DNA of 64,000 nt from Octopus vulgaris (Eukaryota), in contig OX597828.1 of NCBI GenBank assembly GCA_951406725.2, forward strand, positions 6,572,001 to 6,636,000, given 5' to 3'. The notes below the pieces were generated by a model. That model made no database searches. It saw only the letters and a program-made list of their open reading frames with translations, and was not told where the DNA came from. Shown in pieces: positions 26,000 through 40,729 of the stretch. Position 1 is the first letter of the stretch; each line of letters opens with the position of its first letter. The translations under genes and the position numbers were made by a program.

Positions 26000-26030
<31 letters not shown>

Positions 26031-27115
26031 CTTTTCACTTGTCTTCTTTTGTTAATAATTGTTTTTCTACTCATGCATATATGTGTGTATGTGTGTGCGT
26101 GTGTAATTTTATGTGTGTACATGTGTACACAAATATATATATTTATATTTATAAATGTGTGAGTCCGTGTGTCTCGCGTCTGTAAACATACATGCAGACA
26201 TCCAATCAGTTATACATATACAGACATACATATGCATATGTCAATAAATATAATAATATAAGTTTGTATGCACATATATGCATACACACACATACACACA
26301 TGCGCGCACACGCAAACACACATGCACGCGTGCACACATACACACACAAGCACATATACACACACACACACATATATATATGAACACACCCACACACACA
26401 CGTATGCATACATTTAAAGTGATTGAATACATATGCGAAGATATTTATAGTTCGTATGTATGTGTATGTGTGTATGCATATTTGTTTGTGTGTTTTCTTA
26501 TGTATACGTGTTTATGTGTTTGTATTATTGATGATAATTTTATACTTTGTCCTGTTTCTTTCTGTTTATTTCCCCCTTCCACTCCCCCACCCCACCCCAA
26601 AAACCAAAAACACTATAAAAAAACACAAAAACAGAAGAAAAACACACACATTTTCAGTTTTCTATCACAATGGACATAATTGCTACGTACGAGGTTATGT
26701 CAAATGGCGGAATGCTAAAATGTCTTTATTTCTGCTGCCGTCACATTTTTTCTTTTCTTCCCATCTCTCTCTCTCTCTTTCTCTTTCTCTTTTTCTCTTT
26801 TTCTCTCCACCCATCCCTCCCTCTGTCTCTCTTTCACTCGCACTTGCTCTCACTCTCTACCTATCCCTCTCTATTTGTCATGATGACTCTATATCCGTAT
26901 TTGATTCTTTCTTCTAATCTAACATCCTTCTCTTCTTCTCTAATCCTCTCTCCTCCTTTCTCCTTTATCTCCTACCTCGCCCACCCCCACTTCTCTCACT
27001 CAATCACTATTTTGTTTTGCTTTCTCTTTTCTCTTAGTCTAATTCATCTTAGCAAAATCTTAAGTGAACAACTACAGCATTATCTATCTATCTATCTGCC
27101 TATCTATCTATCTAC

Positions 27116-27234
<119 letters not shown>

Positions 27235-27323
27235 CATATACATATATATATGTATGTGTGTCTGTCTTTACAGTATATATAGAGTTACAGAGTGATGTAG
27301 ATACATAGAGATGTATATATTTG

Positions 27324-27372
<49 letters not shown>

Positions 27373-28139
27373 TTGTGTGTGCGTATATATTATAGAGTGA
27401 TATAGTTATAAAGAGATGTATATATTTGCATGTATATTTATCGTTATATATGTGTGCCTTTGTATATATGAAAGCATGTGTTGGCTTGTGTTTGTGTGTG
27501 AGTGTATGTATGTGTACGTGCGCGAGCGTACGTACGCGCTTGTGTGTGTACAAAGAGAAAAGTAAGCACGCAGGCAGCTATCTATATTTTACAACAATCT
27601 CGCTAATAGATTTTCATATATCTAAAATGTTTACGTGTTAACGCGTCGCTGTACTATCGTCAATCTGTTTTCAGCTTAAATACATGTGTATGTACTTACA
27701 TCTGTGTGCAGATGCATTGATGCATGTGTAACATAAGGGATGCAAGCTGAAATAACTAGATTTATGCAATGGAACATCGATATATAAATACAGCTATCTA
27801 TACACTTACATACACACATTCATATTAAACATATAAGAGCGCATGTGCGTATTTATACGTAAGCGAATTTATATGTATAAATACACATACCCATATAATG
27901 AATACGCACGTACAATACATACGCAAACATACAGTCACTCGCCTCCTACACACGTAGATCTACATATATATATATAAACAAACCGCGCGACCACCACCAC
28001 ACACGTTGTTTACAACGAACAGATTGAAAACTTCCGAATATATATTTGTACACTACATTCGGAAGGTAAATTCGTTTGGTGCTCTCTGCGTCGCTATTCG
28101 GAGTTTCCACATCTTCTATGTAATATCCAAGGGACAGAT

Positions 28140-28400
28140 TGGTTTCAAAAGTTTGGCACAAAGCCAGCAATTTTGGGTCAGTCGGTAAGTCAATTACATC
28201 GACCCCAGTACTCAGCTGGTATATATTTTATCGACCACGAAAGGATGAAAGTTGACAACGGCGGAATTTGAACTCAGTGAGTGTGGGCGAAATGCCGCGA
28301 AGCAAAATCGACCCCGACGGCAATTCAACTCTGAACGTAAAGACAGACGGAATGCCGCTAAGCAGTTTGCCCGGCGTCCTAACGATTTTGCCAGCTCGAC
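28140..28400 (-). mobile_element. SINE family A with internal partial duplication
   Basis: gaccccagtactcagctggtatatattttatcgaccacgaaaggatgaaag…; the head segment appears twice (28260-28300 and 28310-28400). Confidence 0.8.
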
Positions 28401-28681
28401 ACCTCTTTCAAGTGATACATTAATTTACATGTGAAAATAAAAGCTGCAGTCTTACTTTGAGATTATACAAGTAAATTTTGAAGAAAACCTCCGACAAAGA
28501 GTGTTTAAAATCTAAAAACAAACCAGTTAGAAATATATCTAAAATGAGTTCAATTAGCGACAACTTTCGAACTTAGCAACAATGTTAACTTTGAATAAAT
28601 CTACGTAGGGAAACCGAAATAAAGATAGAAACTTATTGAGGGACGTATAAAGAAAGAAGTGTGTTTAAATAATGGTCAAAG

Positions 28682-28683
<2 letters not shown>

Positions 28684-28768
<85 letters not shown>

Positions 28769-28802
28769 CAGATAGATAGATAGATAGATAGATCGATAGA
28801 TA
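28684..28802. repeat. (GATA)n microsatellite
   Basis: Direct reading. Confidence 0.97.
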
Positions 28803-29564
28803 GGCATGCAGACAGACAAACTGGCAGGCAAATAAATGGAAAAAGAGAGAGAGAAAGTGCTAGATAGATGTGAATAATTAAGGAGAAGAGTGACATTAGT
28901 AAAATAAATCCTGATGGATAATGAAACTGGCCTTAAGTAACCAATTATTGGATAATCGTGATGTTGTGACAGTTATGCCTTTCTTCAAGCTCTTAGCGTT
29001 GTAAATTAAACTGATCATTATCAGCTGTAAAAGGAAATCATGTTGTAGATGCTACTTCAAAAGAATCAACGATATAATTGAAACATTTGTACATTGTTGT
29101 AGAAACTAGAAAACCAACAAAGCATCATATAAATGAATCCGTCGCCTTCGATGATGTCTTTTCCTAATTGTTCGTTCAATTGCACTTATTGAGTTATAGT
29201 GGTGGCGGAGTATTCCTTCGTCGCATATAGCATTATGTGTTCCTCACACATAAACATCTAGTATTGTATTTGACAAGCCTTGTCCTTTGAGTTACAGATG
29301 AAATTTTTTCTGGTAGGTTTCCGCACAGTTTCCTTCTAACCATTTTCACGCAGAAGGTTCAGTTTGCCTCTATGACTAGTGAAAGACCTTGACGAAGTAT
29401 CATTGCCGATTGCAAAACGAAATTCTCAGCTATTCGATCATGTCTTTACTCCTACATCATGTACACACGCACACACAAACATGAACCACACACATACACA
29501 TGCTCATATTCACACACTCACGCTCACATACACACATATGTAAACACACACACACACATATGTT

Positions 29565-30037
29565 GTTTTATTCTTTGACTTGTTTCAGTCATTTGACTAC
29601 GGCCAGGCTGGAGCATGGCCTTTAGTCGAACGAATCAGCTCCAGAATTCATTCATTGTAAACATAGAACGTATTCAATCTTCTCTTTAGCCGAACCGTTA
29701 AGTTACGGGAACGTAAGTGCACCAACATCGGTGTCAAGCAATGATTGGGGGACAATCACAGACACACGAACACATACATAGACTCATAGATACATATATA
29801 CATACATGTATGCATAATACATACATACATACATACATACATACATACATACATACATACATACATTCATTCATACATACATATGTGCAGTTTCCGTCTA
29901 CCAAATCTACACACAAGGCTTTGGTCTGCCCGAGTCTATAGTAAAAGACACTCACCCAAGGTGTCACGCAGTGGGATTGAACCTGGAACCATGTGGTTGG
30001 GAAGCAAGCTTCTTACCACACAGCTACTCCAGCGCCT
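29565..30037 (-). mobile_element. SINE family B with (TACA)n linker
   Basis: cttgtttcagtcatttgactacggcc…agtttccgtctaccaaatc…gcaagcttcttaccacacagctactccagcgcct. Confidence 0.9.
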
Positions 30038-30103
30038 AAATATATATATTTATCTTTTACTTGTTTTAGTGAGACTGCGGCCATGTTGGGGCAACGCCTT
30101 GAA

Positions 30104-30144
<41 letters not shown>

Positions 30145-30741
30145 GTATATATATATATGTATATATACATACATAGATATATACACTGGAGAGAGATACA
30201 TACATATACATGCATGGATATATACATACTTACATACATATATAGACACAGGCATACAAACAGACATACAAGGAAAAAGCCAGACAAAATCATACAAACC
30301 AATAACATCCTATATTTGTATTCCTTGCATTTATGGGAATACACAATGTTGGAACCGACGTGGAAATCGACAGAATGACTAGAAAGACAGAGACAGACAA
30401 GAAGCTGGAGAGAGAGAGAGAGAGAGAGTAAGAGAGAGAGAGAGACAGAGAAAGTGAGAGAGTGGGAGACAAAGAAAGACAGTGAGAAAGATAAAGATAG
30501 GCAGGCAGGCAGACAAGCAGACAAACAGACCCACAGACCAACAGGCGGACAGACTAGCAGACCGACAGACCAGCAGATCGACAGACTAATGCAAGCTTTA
30601 TTGTCAAACATGAATAATAAATCTATGTTAATTTCCACGTGCTTTAGCGAGCAGCTGAATACGAGATAACAGAATGAGATGGTTAACGTTTCAAAACGAG
30701 GTTGATGATGCCTGCTTCTGTCTGTTGCGTTTGCTGCTAAA

Positions 30742-30954
30742 TAACAATAACAGGAAGAAACAACAACAACAACAACAGCAACAAGAACAACAACAACAAC
30801 AACACCGACGACGACGACGACAAACAAACAAAGCTAGCAACATCGACAACAACAGCAACGAACTGAAGAAGAAGAAGAAGAAGAAGAAGAAGAAGAAGAA
30901 GAAGAAGAAGAAGAAGAAGAAGAAGAAGAAGAAGAAGAAGAAGAAGAAGAAGAA
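30742..30954. repeat. (CAA)n/(CGA)n then (GAA)n trinucleotide block
   Basis: Direct reading; explains the poly-Q/R/K ORF 30674-30988. Confidence 0.95.
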
Positions 30955-31317
30955 CGGTGAGAACGAAAGTAGTAACAGAAGAAAATGATGTATTTCTACA
31001 TGATACAGAGCCAACTAGAACCATCTGCTCTACATCTGGTATGTTGAATTAGGTTTGTCTTATTTTATTTTATTGTATTTCATTTTATTTTCGTTCTTGT
31101 CAGCCTCTGTTTGTTGTAAATGCAACGAGGTGTTGTTTAAGACGATATCAAATACAGAAATACTGCCAGGAAGACCGCAGAAACCTGGCCAATTTGGCAA
31201 AATGGCAAACGGATTCTCCACGAATTCTTTAAATGCTTATTGCTACCAACATCATCATCACCATCATCATCACCATCAGCGTCATCGTCTTTGTCATATT
31301 CAGCAGCAACAGCAGCA

Positions 31318-31688
31318 GTGGAGGCGCAATGGCCCAGTGGTTAGGGCAGCAGACATGCGGTCGGAGGATCGCGGTTTCGATTCCCAGACCGGGCGTTGTG
31401 TGTGTTTATTGAGCGAAAACACCTAAAGCTCCACGAGGCTCCGGCAGGAGTTTGTGGCGGCCCCTGTTGTACTCTTTCGCCCCAACTTTCTCTCACTCTT
31501 TCTTCCTGTTTCTTGTCCCCGTCTTCCTACGCAACCGCTGAGCCTGGATGAGCATTCATTCATCCGTCGATGTTCTCGGTGGGGGGGGGGGGTTGACCTG
31601 CTTTCTCTTCTGCGGGTCTTACGAATAGCAAAGGACCACGTTTCGGACTTATCCCATCTTGCGAGCTCTGGACGAAGACCTATCGCTC
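31318..31688 (+). mobile_element. SINE family D with tRNA-like head, inserted in a (CAG)n tract
   Basis: ggcgcaatggcccagtggttagggcagc…ggtttcgattccc; flanked on both sides by cagcaacagcagcag. Confidence 0.85.
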
Positions 31689-31835
31689 AACAGCATCAGC
31701 AACAGCAGCAGCAGCAGCAGCTGCAACAGCACCAACACCATCATCACATCACCAGCACCTGCAGTGACAGCAGTATTCCCGCTATTATCAACTACGAACC
31801 CTCTGGAAAATCTACGTGTTCACTTCCAAAGATAT

Positions 31836-32047
31836 CGAGACCCACCTTCAGTCATGAATGACCATGGGAAAGGCAAAGGGGCCGATACAGCTTGGTGCCA
31901 GTGACGTCACCACTCATTTCTACAGCTAACTGAAGCAACGTGAGGTAAAGTGTCATGCTCAAGAACACAACACGCAGCCCGATCCGGGAATCAAACCCAT
32001 AACCTCACGATCGTAAGCTCGACGCTCTAACCACTGAGCCATGTGCC
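31836..32047 (-). mobile_element. SINE family C (internally deleted) with 17-bp TSD
   Basis: ttcacttccaaagatat at 31819-31835 and 32048-32064; minus-strand head ggcacatggctcagtggttagagcgtcgagcttacgatcgtgagg. Confidence 0.92.
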
Positions 32048-32301
32048 TTCACTTCCAAAGATATAACGTATACTATTTTAGTGAGGGTGCGAGGGTTTGA
32101 AGGTGTGATGATGCGCTATTGCTTCCTGATGCAGTTGTGATGGGATGCTGAAGTTTGTCTTGCCTGTCATTCTGTTTAGGGAGGTATCAGTGCGAAGGGT
32201 GTGTCTGCCCTTCATTCCTCTACTGACAACCTTTACTACGCTACTCACTGGTCGCTTCGCCTAACAATAACAACAAAATTTCTGTTTCTAGTAACAGCAT
32301 A

Positions 32302-32473
32302 AGGCGTATGGGTGGCTGTGTGGTAAGTAGCTTGCTTACGAACCACATGGTTCCAGGTTCAGTCCCACTGCGTGGCACCTTGGGCAAGTGTCTTCTACAA
32401 TAGCCTCGGGCCGATTAAAGCCTTATGAGTGGATTTGGTAGACGGATACTGAAAGAAGCCCGTCGTATATATG

Positions 32474-32528
<55 letters not shown>

Positions 32529-32760
32529 GTGTGTGTGTGTGTGAGTATATGTTTGTGAGCCTGTGTTTGTCCCCCAACATCGCTTGACAACCGATGGTGG
32601 TGTGTTTACGTCCCTGTAACTTAGCGGTTCGGCAAAAGGGACCGATAGATTAAGTACTAGGCTTACAAAGAATAAGTCCTGGGATCTTTTTGCTCGACTG
32701 AAGGTGGTGCCCTAGCTTGGCCGCAGTCAAATGACTGAACAAGTAAAAGAGTAAAAGAGT
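32302..32760 (+). mobile_element. SINE family B, full-length, (GTAAAAGA) tail
   Basis: Complete head, (TA)(TG) linker and 3' half ending aagtaaaagagtaaaagagt. Confidence 0.95.
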
Positions 32761-33837
32761 GTATGTCAGTTTGATAATGACTGACAACGACGACAGGAAG
32801 AACAACCTAAAACATAACGACTATGTGCTGAACACAATGAAATTTATAAAGCCGCAACAGTTGTTTTTAATTCTGACAGCAGTTTATTGTGTCATGGTAA
32901 CATATGTAGTTTATTTATAATTTATGAAAACAAAAAACTTATCTTGACGCTTCTATATGAGATGAGGTTTTAAAAATCTGAACGAAAAGATCATGTCCGG
33001 TATACAATCAAAATTTGTAAGATGGCGTCTGTAACTAGTTAGAGGAAACATTCACTTTTTATGAATGTCCGGAAGAAATGGTACCTAAGTGTAGTTTCTG
33101 TATTTTGAGGCAGATGAAAATTTCAGGTAAGACACAAAAATGCTCGTATTTTCTTTTGCCAATGGTAATTCAAAAGGAGTGATTCAGATTAGATAGTTAA
33201 GTCCAGAACTAGCAAAATAGCGAATGTTAGCGGCAGGATTTGACGATTGGCTAATGCATCATAAGTTCATATTCTACCCAAACAGTCATTTTACTGCACA
33301 GAAGTTATAGTGAGATTGTTTTTTCATCTACCTGCGATGACTAAGTTTTTTCAGGGAAAAAGGAAATTGGTTAATATCTAAGTATTTGAGACTGGATAGT
33401 GACTCTAACCTTTTTGGGGAAGTTTATAGGTAATTGTATAACTTCAGTAAATTGAATTATGGTATTCAACCTCTATCCATTTGCAACGATGAATTATTTT
33501 GTAACTCTCTTCCTAAGCCCTCGTAGTGGTAAAACATAGTCTACGATTGTTGTGTGGTCCTATTCGAGAATGACAGTTCGTTTTGCAGTCAGTTCACATG
33601 AAGACTGAAACTTCAAGTACAGTTAGGTGCCTCTCACTTTTGCCAAGCGTCTATAATTAATTATATGGCATCACTTAAGTTTGACAACTGTTTCTGATGA
33701 GACAGACATGTCACCACAAAGAGAGTTAACCAGTGATTGGTTCGTTGCGATGTAAAATCTAAACAATATAAAATGTATCATTTAGAAAAGCCAGATATTT
33801 CCTTGTAAGTATAAGTGATCAGTATAATCATAAGCTG

Positions 33838-34097
33838 TGGAGGCGCGTCGCTTAGTGGTCAGGGTGTCAGCATCATGATCGTAAGATTGTGGTTTCTATT
33901 CCTGTACCGGGCGACGCGTTGTGTTCTTGAGCAAAATACTTCTTTTCACGTTGCTCCAGTCCACTCAGCTGCCAAAAAGGAGAAACACTGCGATGGACTG
34001 GCGTCCCGTCCAGCTGGGGAACACATACGCCATTGAAACCGGGAAATCGGGCCCATGAGCCTGGTTAGGCTTTAAAAATGAACATTTATTTTATTTA
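33838..34097 (+). mobile_element. SINE family C with 14-bp TSD
   Basis: tataatcataagct on both sides; head ggaggcgcgtcgcttagtggtcaggg; 3' module gatggactggcgtcccgtccagctgggga; (TTTA) tail. Confidence 0.92.
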
Positions 34098-35083
34098 TTT
34101 ATAATCATAAGCTAGAAGATATGGTACATCTTGAGCTAGTATTGACTCTCTGACTTGTATCTATCTATTCTTCCGACTACTGTGTATCATAAGTGTGTGT
34201 GTGGCCGCTTCATATGAGTAGCCGTCGAGCTACAGATCCGTCTTTCTGTATTGTTAATCAGCGGATTACTCGCTAAATTTCAACACAAACTCAATTTTAC
34301 TAGGATTATCGAGGTGCATTTCACATCTGCTCCTCAGACAAATGCATATGTTTTCTGCGATAAGCATAGCCTAAAATTATACAAGCCGTCAGCAACACCC
34401 TACACATCAAACTTCTACAATATTATCCTGCTTCCCATGGCGGCTCTCGAAGGTTACGCTTTAAACAACCATAACCACTGACTAAAATATTGATAACATA
34501 ATCAAAGTCATTAACATGATGAAATAATGTTGCGAAGGTCTATCATAAATTCTTTCGTCAAAACAGAAAAAATAAAACTGCATAAAAACGTAAAATTTTC
34601 AGGGTACACCCTACTCTCAATTAAAATGCAAAAATAATACGATTAGTAATTATCAAAGAATTAAACTAAATTGCGCAATAAAATCAAATTTTGGAGTTAA
34701 CTTTGTTTTGCTAAAAACCTCCGTTAACACCAAGATATGTATAAACTACCAAAACTACTAATGATCTAGTTCGTTACCCCGGACGCTGCATAAAATATTT
34801 AATTTCTTAAATTTGAATTTCATGAATTCTGTCCCATTCAACTTCTTTTCGTTAATGCTAATATTTTTTCTCATTACGTTTATATTTTTTTATTGATTAA
34901 TTATTTATCTTTGGCTCACCATGCGAAGTATAGCAGCCTGTACGTGAGTATATATTCACAAATGAAGGATTAGTGATTAGCATTCAGTGCAGGGCCTTGG
35001 AAACGACTCACAGAATTGGCAACGAGAGAGAAAACAAATATTGTTTTTCCGCTTGACTGATTAGAGTCATCTGCGGTCTAGGG

Positions 35084-35170
35084 CAGTGGTTTCCAACCCG
35101 GATTCCGCAAATCCCTTGTGGTACTTAAAGGTAGTATTGAGGGTTCGTGAATTAAATTCAAAATTTCATG
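35084..35170 (+). mobile_element. Left end of a hAT (Charlie-like) MITE
   Basis: cagtggtttccaacc terminus preceded by gtctaggg; similar to the terminus at 50931; no right end seen. Confidence 0.55.
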
Positions 35171-35172
35171 TG

Positions 35173-35229
<57 letters not shown>

Positions 35230-35371
35230 ATACGTAAGTACCTAACCAGAAAGAGAAAGGGAGAATGGAAATAATTGTAGTGATGCTAATTAAGAACATC
35301 AGAAAATTGGTTGCTGGAAAATACTTGAGGACGCATAATGCATGCTAAATGTTTATATGGTGAGTTAGATA

Positions 35372-35587
35372 TAAGGCGGGGAGCTAGAAAACCGTTAGCG
35401 CTCCGGGAAAAATGCTTAGTGGCATTTCGTCCGTCTTCATGCTCTGAGTTCAAATTCCACCGAGGTCGACTTTGCATTTCATCCTTTCGGGAATGATTAA
35501 ATAACTAACAGTTAAACACTGGGGTCGATGTAATCTACTTCACCCTCTCCAATACTGCTGGCCTTGTGCCAAAGATTAAAACCAATA
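35372..35587 (+). mobile_element. SINE family A
   Basis: Family A head, core and tail; atatggtgagt is repeated on both sides. Confidence 0.9.
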
Positions 35588-36114
35588 TGGTGAGTCAAAT
35601 AATTTCTAGTAACTGATATTGAATATTTAGAAAGCAAGGTTATTATGATATTGAATCAGTTCTACTTCTCTTTGCTTGAAAACATACTGTATTTTATTAT
35701 AATTACATTCACATCTAACATCTAAGACATATTTTTCAACTTGCTGGGATGAAGGCTAAAATCGACCTCAGCAGGACTTCAGTTCACAATATACCGCGCT
35801 CTAACAACGTTATGTAAGGCGGGTTGGTTTGGGCGACGGTGTGAAGCTGCTAACAAACAACAGCGAAGAGTAAGGGGAATAATTCGTGTTTAGTATTTTT
35901 TTAAAATGGCTACTCTACATTTTTTAAGTGGTACTTACAGTTTGAAATAAATTTCAGACGACGTAATCCACAAAATTACGCAATTGAAAAAAACACAAAA
36001 CTAATGAATAAATAAAGCTATAGTATCTGAAAGTTGTGTCTCAGCAACAACAGAAAGAAAATACTAAAATAAGTATAACAGCGTACGTGTGTGTGTGTAT
36101 ATATCTATATCCAC

Positions 36115-36166
<52 letters not shown>

Positions 36167-36192
36167 ATATGTGTGTGTGTGTGTGTATGTAT

Positions 36193-36224
<32 letters not shown>

Positions 36225-36237
36225 GCACGCACACACA

Positions 36238-36300
<63 letters not shown>

Positions 36301-36900
36301 ATGTATGTATGTATGTATGTATGTATGTATTCACATACATGTTCACATGAACACACACATATATGTTTGTATGTTTGTATGTTTGTATGTTTGTATGTTT
36401 GTATGTATGTATGTATGTATATATATGGATGTATGTATACATACATAATTAAATAAGTATATATAATGCATATTGGTGTGTGTGTGTATACATATGTATG
36501 TATATAAATAATATAATGCTGCATCATACATACATATGTGTGTTTTGTATGTGTGTGCATGCGCCCATTTACATGCATATGTATATTTAGTAAGTGCATT
36601 AATGCTATATACGTGTTTTTAGGCTATACAATAACAAAAGCAACGCAACCATATTGATTTAATGTCTTTCACCTTTTCAATAAAAGTTCATTTTATTTAT
36701 TTATCGAGTTTGTTTTTCATTGTATAATTTTGAAGCAACATTGAATTTTATTTCAATTCTAATGTCTCTATGCGTGCTCCTGTTTGTTCGTATGTGTCTC
36801 TATCCCCATATATGCATCTGTACGTGGATACGTACGTATGATCATATACATACTTATACATATATATATATGTGTGTGTGTGTGTGTAAATATGTATATG

Positions 36901-36933
<33 letters not shown>

Positions 36934-37022
36934 GTATATATCTATATATATTGTTACATGTGTGTACATATGTATATGTATACATATATATAAACAAATG
37001 TGGATATATAAGTATGTATGAT

Positions 37023-37064
<42 letters not shown>

Positions 37065-37156
37065 CATACATATATATATGTATATATGTTGTTTATACGT
37101 TTGTACATATGTATATGTATACAAATATATAAACAAATGTGGATATATATATGTTT

Positions 37157-37225
<69 letters not shown>

Positions 37226-37623
37226 AATGTATGTATGTAATCGCATATATATGCAAATATGCAGAACTTACATAATGGTGTTTTGTTTTCGTCAAAACCC
37301 ATACTATTTGAAAATAGTATGGCTTTTTTTATATATATATTTTTTTCAATTGTTCTTTCTAACATTCCATTATTTAGTATTATTTTGATTCTCATCTCTG
37401 CACACAACAAACTTAGTTGTCAATGATTCTGTTTTTGTATTATTTGTTTTTTGTTTTTGTAATTTTATTTATTTATTTTTTTTTTGCTTTTCCATTGTTT
37501 TAAATTTGTTGTTGTATTACTTTCTTTCTTCTGGCATTCGGTCTCGTCAGATGTAAACTTCTTTCATGTGTGGACAAATGCATTATATATATGTGCGTGT
37601 GCGTGCGTGTGAGCATGTGTGAG

Positions 37624-37660
<37 letters not shown>

Positions 37661-39299
37661 ATGTGTGTGTGTGCGTGTGTGTAAGCGAGTATAATTTAAT
37701 ATAATATAAAATAATACGCAGAAACATACACACACACACGCTCACTCACAGAAACACATTCACTACACAAGAATTTATACGTGTGTGCGCGCGCGCGCGT
37801 GTTTGTGTGTGTAAGCGCAAACATGCATACGTTTATTTGCTTATGGAGTCGTAACAAAAAAAGAAGCAGAAATTTTCGCTGGATATGTTTTAAAATCCAT
37901 AACATTGAAACTTCATTGTTCTAATCTAAAACCACAGCAGATGAAAGAACAGGTTGTTTATTGACAACACAGACACAACTACACACACGCACACATGCAG
38001 ACAAATACACAGGGATATGAACATACACACATATGTATATCTATATATATATATATACATATATGTGTTGGTGTGTGCGCGTGTGTATTCACGCTATAGT
38101 TGGGATAAAGCAAAGATTTTTGCTCGTTTGTTTGTACATGACTTGAAAATTTATTACAAGCGGTTGTCGTTGAATGATTTATGTACAACTCAGACATTAT
38201 TCTCCCTCATTCGTTATACTTCAATCTCTGAATGTTTCATACTCTCCACAAGGATCGAACTCCTGTTTGAATCCTTTTAAAGTTCTCAGATCTCTTACAT
38301 AAACAGTTTTTCTTGCCCACATTAGGCGGCTGCATAACTACTTGCAATCCACAAGCGAAAGATAGCTCTATGTCTAAGTCGTTTACATCGCAACGATATG
38401 TTGGTGGGTTCAATCCCAAAATGAAACCCTTTCGGCAATTATATTCGATCAAAATTTTGGCCAGGCCTTTGCGTGTAGCCCGTGAATGTAATTATATTTA
38501 CACCGGTCTAAAACTATGGATTGTTACTTTTGCTCCGTCCCATAACATAGTTTTACTAAGAAACCAATCAATAAAATGTGTACAAGATTCAAGCATGTAC
38601 TAGGTTTGATATACTTGACTAAATTCTGTTCAGGTGGTGACTCAGTTCACCTATTTGGGGACTATAATACGCTCTCCAATATGCAGCGGGTTTTGTTCGC
38701 GCTGTTAGTTGACCTCATGTGAACGTTACGTCGGCCAGATCTATAATCAAAGGTAGTCAATCCGTGACAGTTTCATCATTTTTCTTCTATGAGCAGAGAA
38801 TACAAAACCACATTATACAATGTAAATTAAGTTTAAAGCAGTAAGACATTAGATTATGATCTGAGGGAGACTTGCTGGGGTTTTTTTTCTAGGAAATTTA
38901 GCGATCGTGCAAAGGCTGCTAAATCTGAGGTAGCTTTTTCTGCGCATGTACGCACTTACACACAGAGAAGTATAGTTGCTTTGGTGTGAATGTATATTAT
39001 CGCTGGTGTGTACCGCACTCAAGAAGACACAGAGGAGTCACTAGACTCTCTTGAAATGGTACGTAAATACTATCAAAGATTGGGGAATGCGCTGAATGAC
39101 CATATTCAATAAAGAATTTCGGTCGAACGAAAGATACTTGGTTCTTATAATAATAATAATAATACCGAAATCAGTTCACCCCACACACACACACAAACAC
39201 ACACATACACGCACATGCAATTACACATGCGAGGACATAAACACGCACATATATACACGTGTGTTTGTGTGTGTTTGAGAGAGTGTGTGTATCTATTAA

Positions 39300-39890
39300 C
39301 TTTTCATCTCTTACTTGTTCTAGTCATTAGAGTGCGGCCATCTCAGAGAATTCTTAGTCGAAAACATCGATCCCAATACGTATTTTTTTAAACTCTGGTA
39401 CTCTATCGGACTCGTTTGCCGAAGTTATCTTTCGGAGACCGAAGCACACCAACGACGTTTGTCAAGTGTCAAGCATAGACACAGAGACACAAACACATAA
39501 ACAGACTCAATACCCACCACACATCTATCTATCTACCTATCTATCTACATATATATATATGTGTGTGTGTGCGTGTGTTTGTGTGGGTGTATTTATATAT
39601 ATATCGTAAATATATTTGCCAACTAAATGTGGTAGTCCCATAGTGGGCGATGTTACTGTTGTTTTTAGACCTAGGAAGACGTCTCCACCAGCTGGCTAAC
39701 AACAAACTTTCTGTCTCCGATTAATATTTGCGCGGGGAGGTCATCACTCCAATCTCTAGCCTTCTTTCGGCTTTGGTCGCCCCGAGGCTATCGTAAAGGA
39801 CATTTGCCCCAGGTGCCACGCAGTGGGACTGAATCCGGAAACATGTGGTTAAGAATTAAGCTTCTTACAAAACAGCTTCACCTGTACGTA
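39300..39890 (-). mobile_element. Old SINE family B with an unrelated ~150-bp insert in its linker
   Basis: 3' half at 39305-39500 and 5' half at 39770-39885 (ttgccccaggtgccacgcagtgggactgaatccggaaacatgtggtt); foreign sequence at ~39615-39768. Confidence 0.7.
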
Positions 39891-40222
39891 TGTATGTATG
39901 TAAGTGTGGGAATGTGTGTCACTTGTTCTGCGATTGAATGGGCGTAAATGCAGGTGCACATATGTGTGTGTTTGTGTAGTGTATATGGTGTGTGTGTTGT
40001 GTGCATATGCATGTACACGCGCAGGGAGACATAAATATACAAATGTATCAATAGCATATATAATGAAGTGGGTGTGCTGAGAAATTCCGGCGTTGAGGGC
40101 ACAATACATGTGCGTGTATCAATAAACATTAAAAAAAAACATGCACAGGCACATACCTTATATGTATATATACAGTATATATAAAGGTGTGATTTGTATA
40201 GATCCCTAATCTTTTTTCAACC

Positions 40223-40273
<51 letters not shown>

Positions 40274-40287
40274 GCATACAAGCGTTG

Positions 40288-40337
<50 letters not shown>

Positions 40338-40376
40338 ACGTGCATCTCTATATCTTTCTATCTATCTATCTCTATG

Positions 40377-40486
<110 letters not shown>

Positions 40487-40584
40487 TTAGGCATTGCGAG
40501 ACTAAAATTTCGTGTAGAACTCAATACATAGTTATGAAGTTCCTAAGATAATCATTTACTCCATTGCCATCCCGCTTTCTTATA

Positions 40585-40615
<31 letters not shown>

Positions 40616-40698
40616 GAATGTTTGTTTTTTGTATGTATGTATGTATGTATGTATGTATGTATGTATGTATTATGTATTTATGTATGTATGTATGTATG

Positions 40699-40729
<31 letters not shown>

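Noticed and set aside
31055-31861. Poly-His/poly-Gln ORFs resembling a transcription factor
   Set aside because: Made of (CAT)n/(CAG)n repeats and a family D SINE.
33000-33780. Complex sequence with a weak FLYWCH/MULE-like peptide on the minus strand
   Set aside because: Stops in all frames examined and the motif match is not convincing.
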